From the NCBI GenBank assembly GCA_036149055.1, contig JAYZQJ010000219.1, positions 1 to 41,639 of the forward strand: a DNA stretch of 41,639 bases, written 5' to 3'. The notes below the pieces were generated by a model that had not been told where the DNA came from, searched no databases, and saw only the letters and a list, made by a program, of their open reading frames with translations. This DNA comes from Myxococcota bacterium. Its GTDB lineage: Bacteria; Myxococcota_A; Polyangia; Polyangiales; Sandaracinaceae. Of this stretch, positions 21,560 to 30,559 are shown piece by piece (position 1 is the first letter of the stretch; each line of letters begins with the position of its first letter). The position numbers and the translations under genes were made by a program.

Positions 21560-24136
21560 GTGCGGTGGCGCGTCGGGTGTGGGCTCGCGGTGGCGACGTG
21601 CGTGTGGGGGGTGGCCCTCCTGGGCGCGGAGCACGCGCGCGCGCAGGAGCAGCCGGCGCTGACGCCCCCCGAGCTCGAGACCTACGCCGAGGCCACCGCC
21701 CCGGACGTCCCGATCGAGGCTCCGGTCGAGGTGGTGCTCACCCTGACGATCTCGCCGGAGGGCGAGGTGACCGAGGCCGAGGTCTTCAGCTCGGGCGGCG
21801 AGGCCTTCGACGCGGCCGCGCTCGAGGCCGGCCGGCGGCTCGTCTTCCGGCCCGCCACCCGCGACGGGGAGGCGATCCCGGCCCGGATCCGCTTCCGCTA
21901 CACCTTCGAGCCGCCTCCCCCGCCGCCGCCTGCGCCGGAGCCCACCACCGGCACGCTCGAGGGGCAGGTGGTCGGCCCGGACGGAACGCCGGTCGAGGGG
22001 GCGCGCCTCTTCGTGGACGCGAGCGCGGGCGACGTCAGCCGCCAGGCGACCACCGACGCGGAGGGGCGCTTCTCGCTCGAGGAGCTGCCCGCCGGTGACT
22101 ACCTGGTCGCCGTCGAGTCGGCCGAGCACGCGGCGTTCGACGAGACCGAGACGATCGCGGCCGGCGAGGCGCTCGAGGTCAGCTACCGCCTCTCCCGGAG
22201 CGCGGCCGAGGAGGAAGAGGAGCCCGAGCTCGGGGTGACGGCGGTGATCGAGCGGCCGCGGCGCGAGGCGACCCGGCGCACCATCCCGCGCGAGGCGCTG
22301 ACCTCGATCCCCGGCACCCGGGGCGACGCGCTGCGGGTGGTGGAGCTGCTGCCCGGGGTCGCGCGGCCCCCGTTCCTCGCCGGCCTGCTCATCATCCGCG
22401 GCGCCGCGCCGCAGGACAGCGAAGTGTTCCTGAACGGCAGCTCGGTGCCGCTCCTCTACCACTTCGGTGGGCTCACCAGCTTCTACAACTCGCGGCTCCT
22501 CGAGCGCATCGACTTCTACCCGGGCAACTTCGGCGTCCGCTACGGCCGGCGCATCGGCGGCATCCTCGAGGTCGAGCCCCGCGACCCCGCCTCGGACCGG
22601 GTGCACGGCGTGCTCGACATCAACCTGATCGACAGCTCGCTCCTCATCGAGACGCCGATCGGCGACAACGCCGGGATCGCCATCGCGGCGCGCCGGAGCT
22701 ACGTCGACTTCTTCTTCTCCGAGGTCGTGCCCGACGACGTCTTCGACGTGCTCGCCGCGCCCGTCTACTACGACTACCAGCTCATCTTCAGCTGGAAGCC
22801 GACGAGCCAGGATCGCCTCCGCGCGCTCGTCTACGGCAGCAGCGACGAGTTCCGCACGATCTTCAACGGCGACGAGTTCGCGCGGCCGTTCGGGCTCGAG
22901 CTCTCCACGCAGTTCCACCGCGGTCAGCTCGAGTGGCGGCACGTCTACGACGACGTCTTCCAGCAGGACGTGATGATCTCCGCCGGCTGGACCGGGCTGG
23001 TCATCCAGGCCGGCCAGGCGTTCGGCTTCGACGCCGACTTCGTGCCGGTGACGGCGCGCACCGAGTGGCAGCTGACCCTGGCCGAAGAGGTCAAGCTCCG
23101 CTGGGGCTTCGACTGGCAGTACACCCCGAGCAGCCTCGCGATCCGCACGCAGGGCACGCCCACCCAGTCGGAGGGTCAGCCGCAGAGCGCCAACCCCAAC
23201 GCGCCCCGCGCCGAGGACACGTTCAGCGCCGACGCCTACCGACCCGCCGTCTACCTGGAGTCCACCCTCCAGCCGTTCGAGCCGCTCACCCTCGTGCTCG
23301 GCGTCCGCCTCGACTACTACCGCGAGATCAGCGACTGGAGCTTCGACCCGCGCATGACCTTCCGCCTCGCGGTCGATCCGCAGTGGACGATCAAGGGCGG
23401 CGTCGGCGTGTTCAGCCAGCCGCCCGAGTTCCAGGAGACCGCGCCCGGGCTCGGCAACCCCGACCTCGATCCGATCACCTCGCTGCACAACAGCCTCGGG
23501 GTCGAGTTCGAGCTGGACGAGGTCTGGCGGTTCGAGCTCGACACCTACTACAAGCACATCTTCGACCGCGTCGTCGGGACCGAGGACGGCCGCGCGCCCT
23601 TCTTCACCAACGAGGGCGTGGGCCGCATCTACGGCGCGGAGCTCGGCGTGCGCGCCCAGCCCACCCCCGGCTACCCGGTCTACGGCTTCGCGAGCTACAC
23701 GCTCAGCCGCTCCGAGCGACAGGATCGCGACGGGGAGTGGCGGCCGTTCGACTTCGACCAGACCCACATCTTCACCCTCGCGCTGGTCTGGCGCATCGGC
23801 GACGGCTGGGAGGCGGGCGGCACCTTCCGCCTGGTCAGCGGCAACCCGTTCACCCCGGTGACGGGCTCGATCTACGACGTCGCCGCCGACACCTACCGGC
23901 CGCTCTACGGCGCGGTCAACAGCGAGCGGAACCCGTTCTTCCACCGCCTCGATCTCCGGATCGAGAAGGTGTTCAACATCGAGAACGTGATGCGCCTCGC
24001 CATCTACCTGGACGTCCAGAACGTCTACAACCAGCAGAACCGCGAGGCGACGACCTACAGCTTCGACTACGCCGAGAGCGCGGAGGTGCCGGGGCTGCCC
24101 ATCCTCCCGTCGCTCGGGATCCGGGGGGAGCTGTGA
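21560..24136 (+). CDS. TonB-dependent receptor with N-terminal TonB_C and carboxypeptidase-regulatory-like domains
   Basis: LTISPEGEVT..FDAAALEA..FRPA (TonB_C); plug LPGVARPP, IIRG and LYHFGG; barrel ending LDVQNVYN...LGIRGEL; ORF open from 21515. Confidence 0.9.
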   Translation: MRWRVGCGLAVATCVWGVALLGAEHARAQEQPALTPPELETYAEATAPDVPIEAPVEVVLTLTISPEGEVTEAEVFSSGGEAFDAAALEAGRRLVFRPATRDGEAIPARIRFRYTFEPPPPPPPAPEPTTGTLEGQVVGPDGTPVEGARLFVDASAGDVSRQATTDAEGRFSLEELPAGDYLVAVESAEHAAFDETETIAAGEALEVSYRLSRSAAEEEEEPELGVTAVIERPRREATRRTIPREALTSIPGTRGDALRVVELLPGVARPPFLAGLLIIRGAAPQDSEVFLNGSSVPLLYHFGGLTSFYNSRLLERIDFYPGNFGVRYGRRIGGILEVEPRDPASDRVHGVLDINLIDSSLLIETPIGDNAGIAIAARRSYVDFFFSEVVPDDVFDVLAAPVYYDYQLIFSWKPTSQDRLRALVYGSSDEFRTIFNGDEFARPFGLELSTQFHRGQLEWRHVYDDVFQQDVMISAGWTGLVIQAGQAFGFDADFVPVTARTEWQLTLAEEVKLRWGFDWQYTPSSLAIRTQGTPTQSEGQPQSANPNAPRAEDTFSADAYRPAVYLESTLQPFEPLTLVLGVRLDYYREISDWSFDPRMTFRLAVDPQWTIKGGVGVFSQPPEFQETAPGLGNPDLDPITSLHNSLGVEFELDEVWRFELDTYYKHIFDRVVGTEDGRAPFFTNEGVGRIYGAELGVRAQPTPGYPVYGFASYTLSRSERQDRDGEWRPFDFDQTHIFTLALVWRIGDGWEAGGTFRLVSGNPFTPVTGSIYDVAADTYRPLYGAVNSERNPFFHRLDLRIEKVFNIENVMRLAIYLDVQNVYNQQNREATTYSFDYAESAEVPGLPILPSLGIRGEL

Positions 24137-25050
24137 GGCGGGCGCTGGTCCTGGTCGCGCTCTTCGCGGGCGGCTGCGTGATGGATCTGCCGACCGGCGT
24201 GCAGGTGGAGCGGCCGCGGGTGCTCGGCGTGCGCGTCGACGTCGACGGCGATCCCGAGCGCGCGGCCGCGCAGCCCGGCGACTCGCTGACCCTCCGCTGG
24301 CTCGTGGTCGGCTCGGGGACGGAGCGGCCCGAGTGGTCGACGGCGATGGCGGTCTGCGCCGCGGCGCCGAGCAACATCGGCATCCCCACCTGCGACGGCG
24401 CGCCCTTCGCCTTCCAGCTGCCGACCCCGCCGACCTCGGAGCCCAGCTTCTCGTTCGAGGTGCCGACGGACACCGAGGCCACCGAGCTGCTGGTGCTCGG
24501 CGTGCTCTGCTCGGGTGGGACGCCCGTGTTCTCGATGGACGACCTGCCGAGCTGCGAGGAGGAGGAGGCGGTCGCCGAGCGGGTGATCTTCTCGTTCCCG
24601 GTCGCGCGGACCGCGCCCAACCGGCACCCGTCGCTCTCCGACGAGGCGCTCACCTTCGACGACGCGCCCTGGCCGGCGAGCGACGCCGTGCCCGACTCCG
24701 GCTGCGCGGGCGGCGACCTCCTGCAGGTCGAGGCCCGCGGAGAGGAGGACCCGAGCTTCATCCGCCTCACCACCTCGCCGGACGACCGCGAGGTCTACGA
24801 GGAGCTCGTGCTCGGCGAGACGCCCCGGGTGGAGGAGACGCGCGAGGAGCTGTTGGTCAGCCACGTCGCGACCGCCGGCCTCTTCACCCGGCTGCAGTCG
24901 GAGGTCTTCGACGAGGCCCCGGTCGAGGTGCCGTGGCGCCACCCCGAGGAGATCCCGGCGGACGGCCTCACGGTGCGCTTCTGGTTCGTCGCCCGCGATC
25001 AGCGCGGCGGCATGGACTGGGTCGAGCGCGCGCTCTGCGTCGTGCCGTAG
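24133..25050 (+). CDS. lipoprotein associated with the TonB-dependent receptor
   Basis: GTGA overlap with the receptor; lipobox AGGC; PRVLGVR and C-terminal WFVARDQRGG. Confidence 0.8.
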   Translation: MRRALVLVALFAGGCVMDLPTGVQVERPRVLGVRVDVDGDPERAAAQPGDSLTLRWLVVGSGTERPEWSTAMAVCAAAPSNIGIPTCDGAPFAFQLPTPPTSEPSFSFEVPTDTEATELLVLGVLCSGGTPVFSMDDLPSCEEEEAVAERVIFSFPVARTAPNRHPSLSDEALTFDDAPWPASDAVPDSGCAGGDLLQVEARGEEDPSFIRLTTSPDDREVYEELVLGETPRVEETREELLVSHVATAGLFTRLQSEVFDEAPVEVPWRHPEEIPADGLTVRFWFVARDQRGGMDWVERALCVVP

Positions 25051-25054
25051 TCTC

Positions 25055-25957
25055 TCAGCCCGGACGCGGCGCGGAGGCCCGGCGGAGGCGATCGGCGACC
25101 GCGCGGCCGAGGCCTCGCTCCTCGGGGAGCGCGACCACCGCGACGTCGACGCCCTCCTCGTCGAGCTCGCGGAGCGCGGCGTAGAGGGCGCGCGCCGCGG
25201 CGGCGGGATCGGCCGGGAGGCGGAGCTCGCGCACGCGCGCCCCGGTCGCCGCCTCACGCTCCACCGTGCGCTCCACGTCGCCCCGGGCCACCGCGAGCAC
25301 CCGCGCGCGCGGCGCGTAGTGCGAGGGCAGCGTGCCCGGCGCGCGGGTGGAGCCGCCGCTCGCGAGCGGCGCGCCGAGCGCCTCCTCGAGGGCCTCGAGC
25401 GACACCCCGCCGGGCCGCAGCAGCCGCGGCGCGTCTCCGCTCAGGTCGACGATGCTCGACTCGACGCCGACCGCGCAGGCGCCGCCGTCGAGGATGAGGT
25501 CGACGCGATCGGCGAGCTCGATCGCCACGTGAGCGGCGGTGGTCGGGCTGACCTGCCCGAAGCGGTTGGCGCTCGGCGCGGCCACGCCGCCTGCGAAGGC
25601 CGCGAGCAGCGCCTGCGCGACGGGGTGATCGGGCACCCGGATCCCCACCGTCGGCTCGCCACCGGTGACCACGTCCGAGACGTGGGCCGCCTTGGGCACG
25701 ATGAGGGTCAGCGGCCCGGGCCAGAACGCCGCCGCCAGCGCCGCGGCCTCGGGGGACCACCGCGCCGCCCAGTGCTCGGGGGCCGACGCGACGTGCACGA
25801 TGAGCGGGTGATCGGCCGGCCGCCCCTTCGCGGCGAAGATCCGGCGGACCGCCTCGTCGCTCGAGGCGTCGGCGCCGAGGCCGTAGACGGTCTCGGTCGG
25901 GAAGGCGACGAGCCCTCCCGACCGCAGGATCCGCGCGGCTTCTTCGACCGGTCGCAT
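25055..25957 (-). CDS. sua5: L-threonylcarbamoyladenylate synthase (Sua5/TsaC2)
   Basis: VAFPTETVYGLGA, KGRPADHPLIVH, WPGPLT, APSAN and GVESSI motifs; SUA5 linker APGTLPSHYAP. Confidence 0.95.
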   Translation of the reverse strand: MRPVEEAARILRSGGLVAFPTETVYGLGADASSDEAVRRIFAAKGRPADHPLIVHVASAPEHWAARWSPEAAALAAAFWPGPLTLIVPKAAHVSDVVTGGEPTVGIRVPDHPVAQALLAAFAGGVAAPSANRFGQVSPTTAAHVAIELADRVDLILDGGACAVGVESSIVDLSGDAPRLLRPGGVSLEALEEALGAPLASGGSTRAPGTLPSHYAPRARVLAVARGDVERTVEREAATGARVRELRLPADPAAAARALYAALRELDEEGVDVAVVALPEERGLGRAVADRLRRASAPRPG

Positions 25958-25988
25958 CGCGGGGGCTTGCCGCGCGACGCGCCGGCCG

Positions 25989-27371
25989 TCAATCCTGGCG
26001 CGCGAACACCAGGGGGTACTCGGCGTCGAGCGGAGTGCTCGGGCCGCTCCGCAGGCGCACCCGCCGCACCGCGCCCTCGACGCAGGAGGCGAGCGAGTCC
26101 GAGCCCGTCGTGTTGTCGACCACGCGCACGTTCGAGAGGTTGCCCATCGACTGCACGGTCATGCGCACCCGCATCCGGCCCGCGAGGTTGGGGTTGCCCC
26201 GCGTCAGCTCGCGCTCGTAGCAGCCGCGGACCGCGCCCATCCGGCCCCGCAGGGCGGTGTGCAGCAGGCGGGGGTCGAAGTCGGGGTCGACGGGGTCGGT
26301 GATCCAGTCGTCGGTCGGCGGGGTGCTCACCACCGTGACCACCCGCTCCTCGAGCGGCGGGCCGGAAGGCTGCGGGCGCAGCCCGTTGCCGCGGAGCCCA
26401 CGGAGGGGCCGGGGCCCGAGGTCTCCGCCGCCCGGAGGGCCGCTCCCCGGGCGCTCCTGCATCACGCCGACGTCGTTCGTCGCGACCCGGTTCCCCTCCA
26501 CGCCCCGGAGGATCTCCTCCGCGCGCTCGGTGGGCGCCTGGTCGATCAGCGCGCCCATCGCGCTCGACGCGTCCTCGAGCCCGAGCAGGATGTTCTCGGC
26601 CTGCCGCGCCGCCTCCCGCGCCTGCTCGTCGATGCTCGGCTGCGACTCGGCGGAGCCAGGGCTGGGGATCGACGAGACGCGCTGCGGTCGGCGGGCGGGC
26701 TGCGCGTCGCTGGGCGGCCTGTCGCTGGGCTGGGCGTCGCTGGGCGGCGCGTCCGTGGGCTCGGTGCGGTCGGCGAGCGCGTCGTCCATCGGCGGCGCGT
26801 CCGGCGGCGGCGCGGGCTCGATGAAGATCGCTCCGGCCACGCGGTCCGGGATGAGCTGCGTCTCCACCGGCCAGTCCGCCTCGACCACGAAGACGACGAG
26901 CGCGAAGTGCAGGAAGAACGACGCCGCGACGAAGCTCGAGAACGTCCAGTCGGTCCCGCCCATCAGCCCGCGCTTCAACGCCGAGGGGAGCTGCGGCTTG
27001 GTGCGCGCCGGCGGCCGATCGACCAGCTGCACGAGCACCGCGACGTCGCCGATCACGATCTTCGCCCGGCCGTCTCCCTCGAGCCGCAGCTCGCGGATGC
27101 CGTCGCGCGGCGCCGCGTCCGACAGCGGACCTTCATTGGTGCGACCTCCCCACCCCTCGCGCACCCGGAGGCGCCACGCGCCGCCCTCGAAGCGGAGCAG
27201 GGAGAGCTCGCGCTCGCCGCGGACCGGGACGTCGCCCTCGGCCCCGACGACCACCTCCTCGTCGGGCCCGCGGACCGCCTCCTTCTCGATGCGGCCGTCG
27301 CGGACGACGGCGTAGCGGACCCAGCGGGGGCCGCTCGGCGTGGGACGGACGGCGCGCATGACGGTGGTCAT
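25989..27371 (-). CDS. AgmX/PglI (GltG-like) gliding-motility protein with C-terminal TonB-like domain
   Basis: N-terminal VVRDGRIEKE and AKIVIGDVAVLVQLV..PP...PQLP; TM SFFLHFALV; C-terminal VRGCYERELT.NPNLAGR...LASCV...YPLVF. Confidence 0.78.
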   Translation of the reverse strand: MTTVMRAVRPTPSGPRWVRYAVVRDGRIEKEAVRGPDEEVVVGAEGDVPVRGERELSLLRFEGGAWRLRVREGWGGRTNEGPLSDAAPRDGIRELRLEGDGRAKIVIGDVAVLVQLVDRPPARTKPQLPSALKRGLMGGTDWTFSSFVAASFFLHFALVVFVVEADWPVETQLIPDRVAGAIFIEPAPPPDAPPMDDALADRTEPTDAPPSDAQPSDRPPSDAQPARRPQRVSSIPSPGSAESQPSIDEQAREAARQAENILLGLEDASSAMGALIDQAPTERAEEILRGVEGNRVATNDVGVMQERPGSGPPGGGDLGPRPLRGLRGNGLRPQPSGPPLEERVVTVVSTPPTDDWITDPVDPDFDPRLLHTALRGRMGAVRGCYERELTRGNPNLAGRMRVRMTVQSMGNLSNVRVVDNTTGSDSLASCVEGAVRRVRLRSGPSTPLDAEYPLVFARQD

Positions 27372-27478
27372 GGCGCCAGGACGGACGGGACCCCTCCCGC
27401 CCAGCTCGACGGGCGTCGACTCGGGCACGGTACCTCCAAGGCTCGCGGGCGCGGGGCGCCTCGCTGCGTGGTGCCGGG

Positions 27479-28906
27479 TCAGACAGCGGCTTCGGCGGCG
27501 GGTTCCGCGGCGCGCGACTTTTCTTCCGCGCGCTTCGCCATCACCAGCGGCATCACGTACGGGAAGCCGATCCGCATCGCGTCCACGTCCGCGTCGATCG
27601 AGCCCACCAGCCAGAACATCAGCACCGAGGCGCGCTCCACGTAGAACCAGCCGTCGGGGTAGTCGACCGAGCGCATCAGCTCGCGCAGCTCCTCCCGCGC
27701 GACCTCCGGATCGGCCAGCTGCTCGAGGTCCTGCTGGCTCGCCCGCATCAGCGCCCCCGGCGTGCGGTCCTGGATCTGCATCAGCTTGCCGAAGTAGTTG
27801 TAGACGGTGCGCTCGAGCAGGTCCCGGTTGGCCTCCCGCGACGCGAAGCCCATCTGGTAGAAGCCGCGGAGCAGGCGCTCGCCGTCCTCGTCGAAGAGGC
27901 CCTGGAGGATCTCGATCATCCCGTCCACGAGCTCCTGCCGCACCCGGCTGATCGCGCCGAAGTCGAGGATGACGATCTTCGGTCGTGAGGGCTTGCGACC
28001 GGGCTGCACCAGGAAGTTCCCGGGGTGCGGGTCGGCGTGGAAGAGCCGGTGCACGAAGAGCTGCTCGTAGAAGCACTCGACCAGCCGCACCGCGACCGCG
28101 TGGGGATCGATGCCGAGCTCCGGCATCTCCTCGACGCGGTTGATCTTGAGCCCCTCCATGAACGTCATCGTCAGGACGTTCTCGGTGGTCAGCTCGTGCA
28201 CCACCTCGGGGAAGAGGATGTCCTTGGCGTGCGAGAAGCTCGCCGCCATCTCCTCCATCATGCGCGCCTCGTGCAGATAGCTGGTCTCGCGGTCGAGCAG
28301 GTCGACCAGCGCGTCCCCGACCCGCTCGATGTTCTGCACCGGGACGAACCACTTGTAGACGATGATCGCGAGGCGGAGGACCTTGAGGTCCACCCGGATC
28401 ACGTCGCGGATCCCCGGGTAGAGCACCTTCACCGCGACCCGGGTGCCGTCCTCCAGGGTCGCCTCGTGCACCTGCCCCAGGCTGGCGGCCGCGATGGGCT
28501 CCTGGGCGATGGTCGCGTAGAGCTCCTCCGGCTCCCGCCCGAAGTCCTCGAAGAACGTCGGCTCGAGCTCGGAGAACGGCCGCGGCGGCACCGCGTCCTG
28601 CAGCTGCTCCAGCTCCTTCGTGTACACGCGCGGCAGGAAGCCGCCCATGATCGAGAGGACCTGCCCGAGCTTGATGTAGACGCCGCGCAGCCGGAGCGTC
28701 GCGCGCAGCAGGCGCTTGGCGTTGACCTCGTCGACGCGCCCGCGCCGCCGGTGCACCCAGCCCGGGAGGCGCTTCCGGTCACGGTTCGTCTCCGGGTCTC
28801 GCTCCCAGGTGTGCAGCAGCTGCGCCAGCCCGAGCTGGAACATGTAGCTCAGGAAGATGGTCCCGAAGACCCAGAGCGCCCGGACGAGTCGAACGAAGAG
28901 CTGCAT
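27479..28906 (-). CDS. ABC1/AarF/UbiB family atypical kinase
   Basis: YIKLGQVLS, LQD.VPP, AAASLGQVH, VAVKV, FHADPHPGN and LDFG motifs. Confidence 0.93.
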   Translation of the reverse strand: MQLFVRLVRALWVFGTIFLSYMFQLGLAQLLHTWERDPETNRDRKRLPGWVHRRRGRVDEVNAKRLLRATLRLRGVYIKLGQVLSIMGGFLPRVYTKELEQLQDAVPPRPFSELEPTFFEDFGREPEELYATIAQEPIAAASLGQVHEATLEDGTRVAVKVLYPGIRDVIRVDLKVLRLAIIVYKWFVPVQNIERVGDALVDLLDRETSYLHEARMMEEMAASFSHAKDILFPEVVHELTTENVLTMTFMEGLKINRVEEMPELGIDPHAVAVRLVECFYEQLFVHRLFHADPHPGNFLVQPGRKPSRPKIVILDFGAISRVRQELVDGMIEILQGLFDEDGERLLRGFYQMGFASREANRDLLERTVYNYFGKLMQIQDRTPGALMRASQQDLEQLADPEVAREELRELMRSVDYPDGWFYVERASVLMFWLVGSIDADVDAMRIGFPYVMPLVMAKRAEEKSRAAEPAAEAAV

Positions 28907-28967
28907 CGAAGGGCCGCGCGACCGTATCACGCATCACGCGCGCGTCGCGCCGACCCAACGTAGACTC

Positions 28968-30341
28968 ATGGGAGTGAGCCGAAAAGAACGGATCCACGCG
29001 CTGCGCGACGACTACAACGCCGCGCGGCGCAAGGGGAAGACGAGCGCGGCCCTGAAGGCGCTGCAGGAGCTCGAGGCGCTCGAGCCCGAGGAGCCGCGGT
29101 GGCCCCACCAGCGCGGCGATCTGCTCCGGCGCGAGGGGCGCGGCGCGGAGGCGGCCGACGCCTTCGAGAAGGCGACCGACCTCTACGCCGCCGAGGGCTT
29201 CGTCGCCCGCGCGGTGGCGATGGCCAAGACCCTGCTGCAGGTGGATCCGAGCCGCACCGAGGTCCTCGACCGCGTCGACCCGAGCGTGGCCCGCAAGGCC
29301 CACCGCGAGGCGCGGCCCCACTCCGGCGAGCTGCGCGCGGTCGGCCGCTCCATGGTCGAGGAGGCCCCCAAGCTCGAGCCCTCCCCCACCGCGTCCGCCG
29401 ACGAGATCCGCTTCCTCGACATCGAGCTGGTCGAGGAGGAGGAGATCATGGAGCTCGACGTCTCGGAGCTCGAGCTGATCGACGAGCCGCCGCTCCCGAG
29501 CCTGAGCCTCGTCCCGGAGGCGCCCGAGCCGCCAGCCAGCGCGCGCCTCGATCGGCTCGCGCTGATGCCGAGCTTCCCGCTCTTCTCGGAGCTGCCCCCC
29601 TCCCGGCTGCGTCGTCTGGCCCAGGGCGCCGACCTGGTGGAGCTGCCGCCCGGCGCCACCGTGGTGCAGAAGGGCGAGCCGGCGGACGCCCTCTACTGCG
29701 TGGTGGACGGCCGGGTGCGGGTCGAGATCGCCGCGCTCCCGCCCGCCCAGCGCCCGCACCTCGGCGAGGGCGACGTCTTCGGCGAGTCGGTGCTGCTCGA
29801 GCACGCCGTCCGGCAGACCGACGTGGTCACCGTCGAGCCGCTCGTCGCGCTCCGCATCCCGCGCGCGGTGCTCGACGAGGTGGTCGACGGCGTGCCGATG
29901 CTCGACGACCTGCTCTTCGAGCTGCTCGCGCGGCGCCTGCTCGCGAACTTCCTCGGCACCTCGCCGCTCTTCACCCCGTTCTCGCCCACCGACCGCCGCG
30001 AGCTCGCCAAGCGCTTCGAGGTCCGCCGCGCCGACCCCGGCACGACGCTGATGGCCGAGGGCAAGCGCTGCGACGGCCTCTACGTCCTGGTGCAGGGCCG
30101 GCTCTCGATCAGCCGCCCCGGCGGCGTCGAGGACCGCGGCCCCGGCTCCATCTTCGGCATCCGCGCGATGATCCACCGCGCGCCCGCCACCGCGACCGCC
30201 ACCACCCTCACCGAGTGCGTCCTGCTGCGCCTCCCCGAGGCTCGCTTCACCGCCTTCGTCGCCAGCTTCCCCCCGGCCCTCGCCCACCTCGCCGAGATCG
30301 CCGCCGGAGCCCGCGCCCTCGACGGCGACACGCTGTCCTAG
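28968..30341 (+). CDS. TPR + tandem cyclic-nucleotide-binding domain protein
   Basis: N-terminal TPR-like helices; cNMP domains with GEPADALY..FGE..R and EGKRCDGLY..FG; start ATG 28968 or GTG 28974. Confidence 0.85.
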   Translation: MGVSRKERIHALRDDYNAARRKGKTSAALKALQELEALEPEEPRWPHQRGDLLRREGRGAEAADAFEKATDLYAAEGFVARAVAMAKTLLQVDPSRTEVLDRVDPSVARKAHREARPHSGELRAVGRSMVEEAPKLEPSPTASADEIRFLDIELVEEEEIMELDVSELELIDEPPLPSLSLVPEAPEPPASARLDRLALMPSFPLFSELPPSRLRRLAQGADLVELPPGATVVQKGEPADALYCVVDGRVRVEIAALPPAQRPHLGEGDVFGESVLLEHAVRQTDVVTVEPLVALRIPRAVLDEVVDGVPMLDDLLFELLARRLLANFLGTSPLFTPFSPTDRRELAKRFEVRRADPGTTLMAEGKRCDGLYVLVQGRLSISRPGGVEDRGPGSIFGIRAMIHRAPATATATTLTECVLLRLPEARFTAFVASFPPALAHLAEIAAGARALDGDTLS

Positions 30342-30366
30342 CGCCCCCCGCCCCCCTCAGCCTCGG

Positions 30367-30530
30367 CACGACCCGGCGACCCACCACCCCGCCGCCATCT
30401 CTGCGCCTCTGCGCCTCTGCGAGAGGCAAAAAAAAACTGTCACCAAGCCGCGCTCGCCCCGACACGACCCGGCGCCCCTCCATCCCGCCGCCACGCCCCC
30501 TCTTTGCGTCTTCGCGTCTTTGCGAGAGCA
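30367..30530. repeat. two diverged ~96-bp intergenic repeats ending in REP-like (CTCTGCGC)n / (CTTTGCGT)n motifs
   Basis: CACGACCCGGCG..CC.CCA.CCCGCCGCCA at 30367 and 30463, each followed by a short iterated motif ending TGCGAGAG. Confidence 0.7.
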
Positions 30531-30559
30531 AGAAGCAGCCGCCACGAGAGCAAGAGAAG

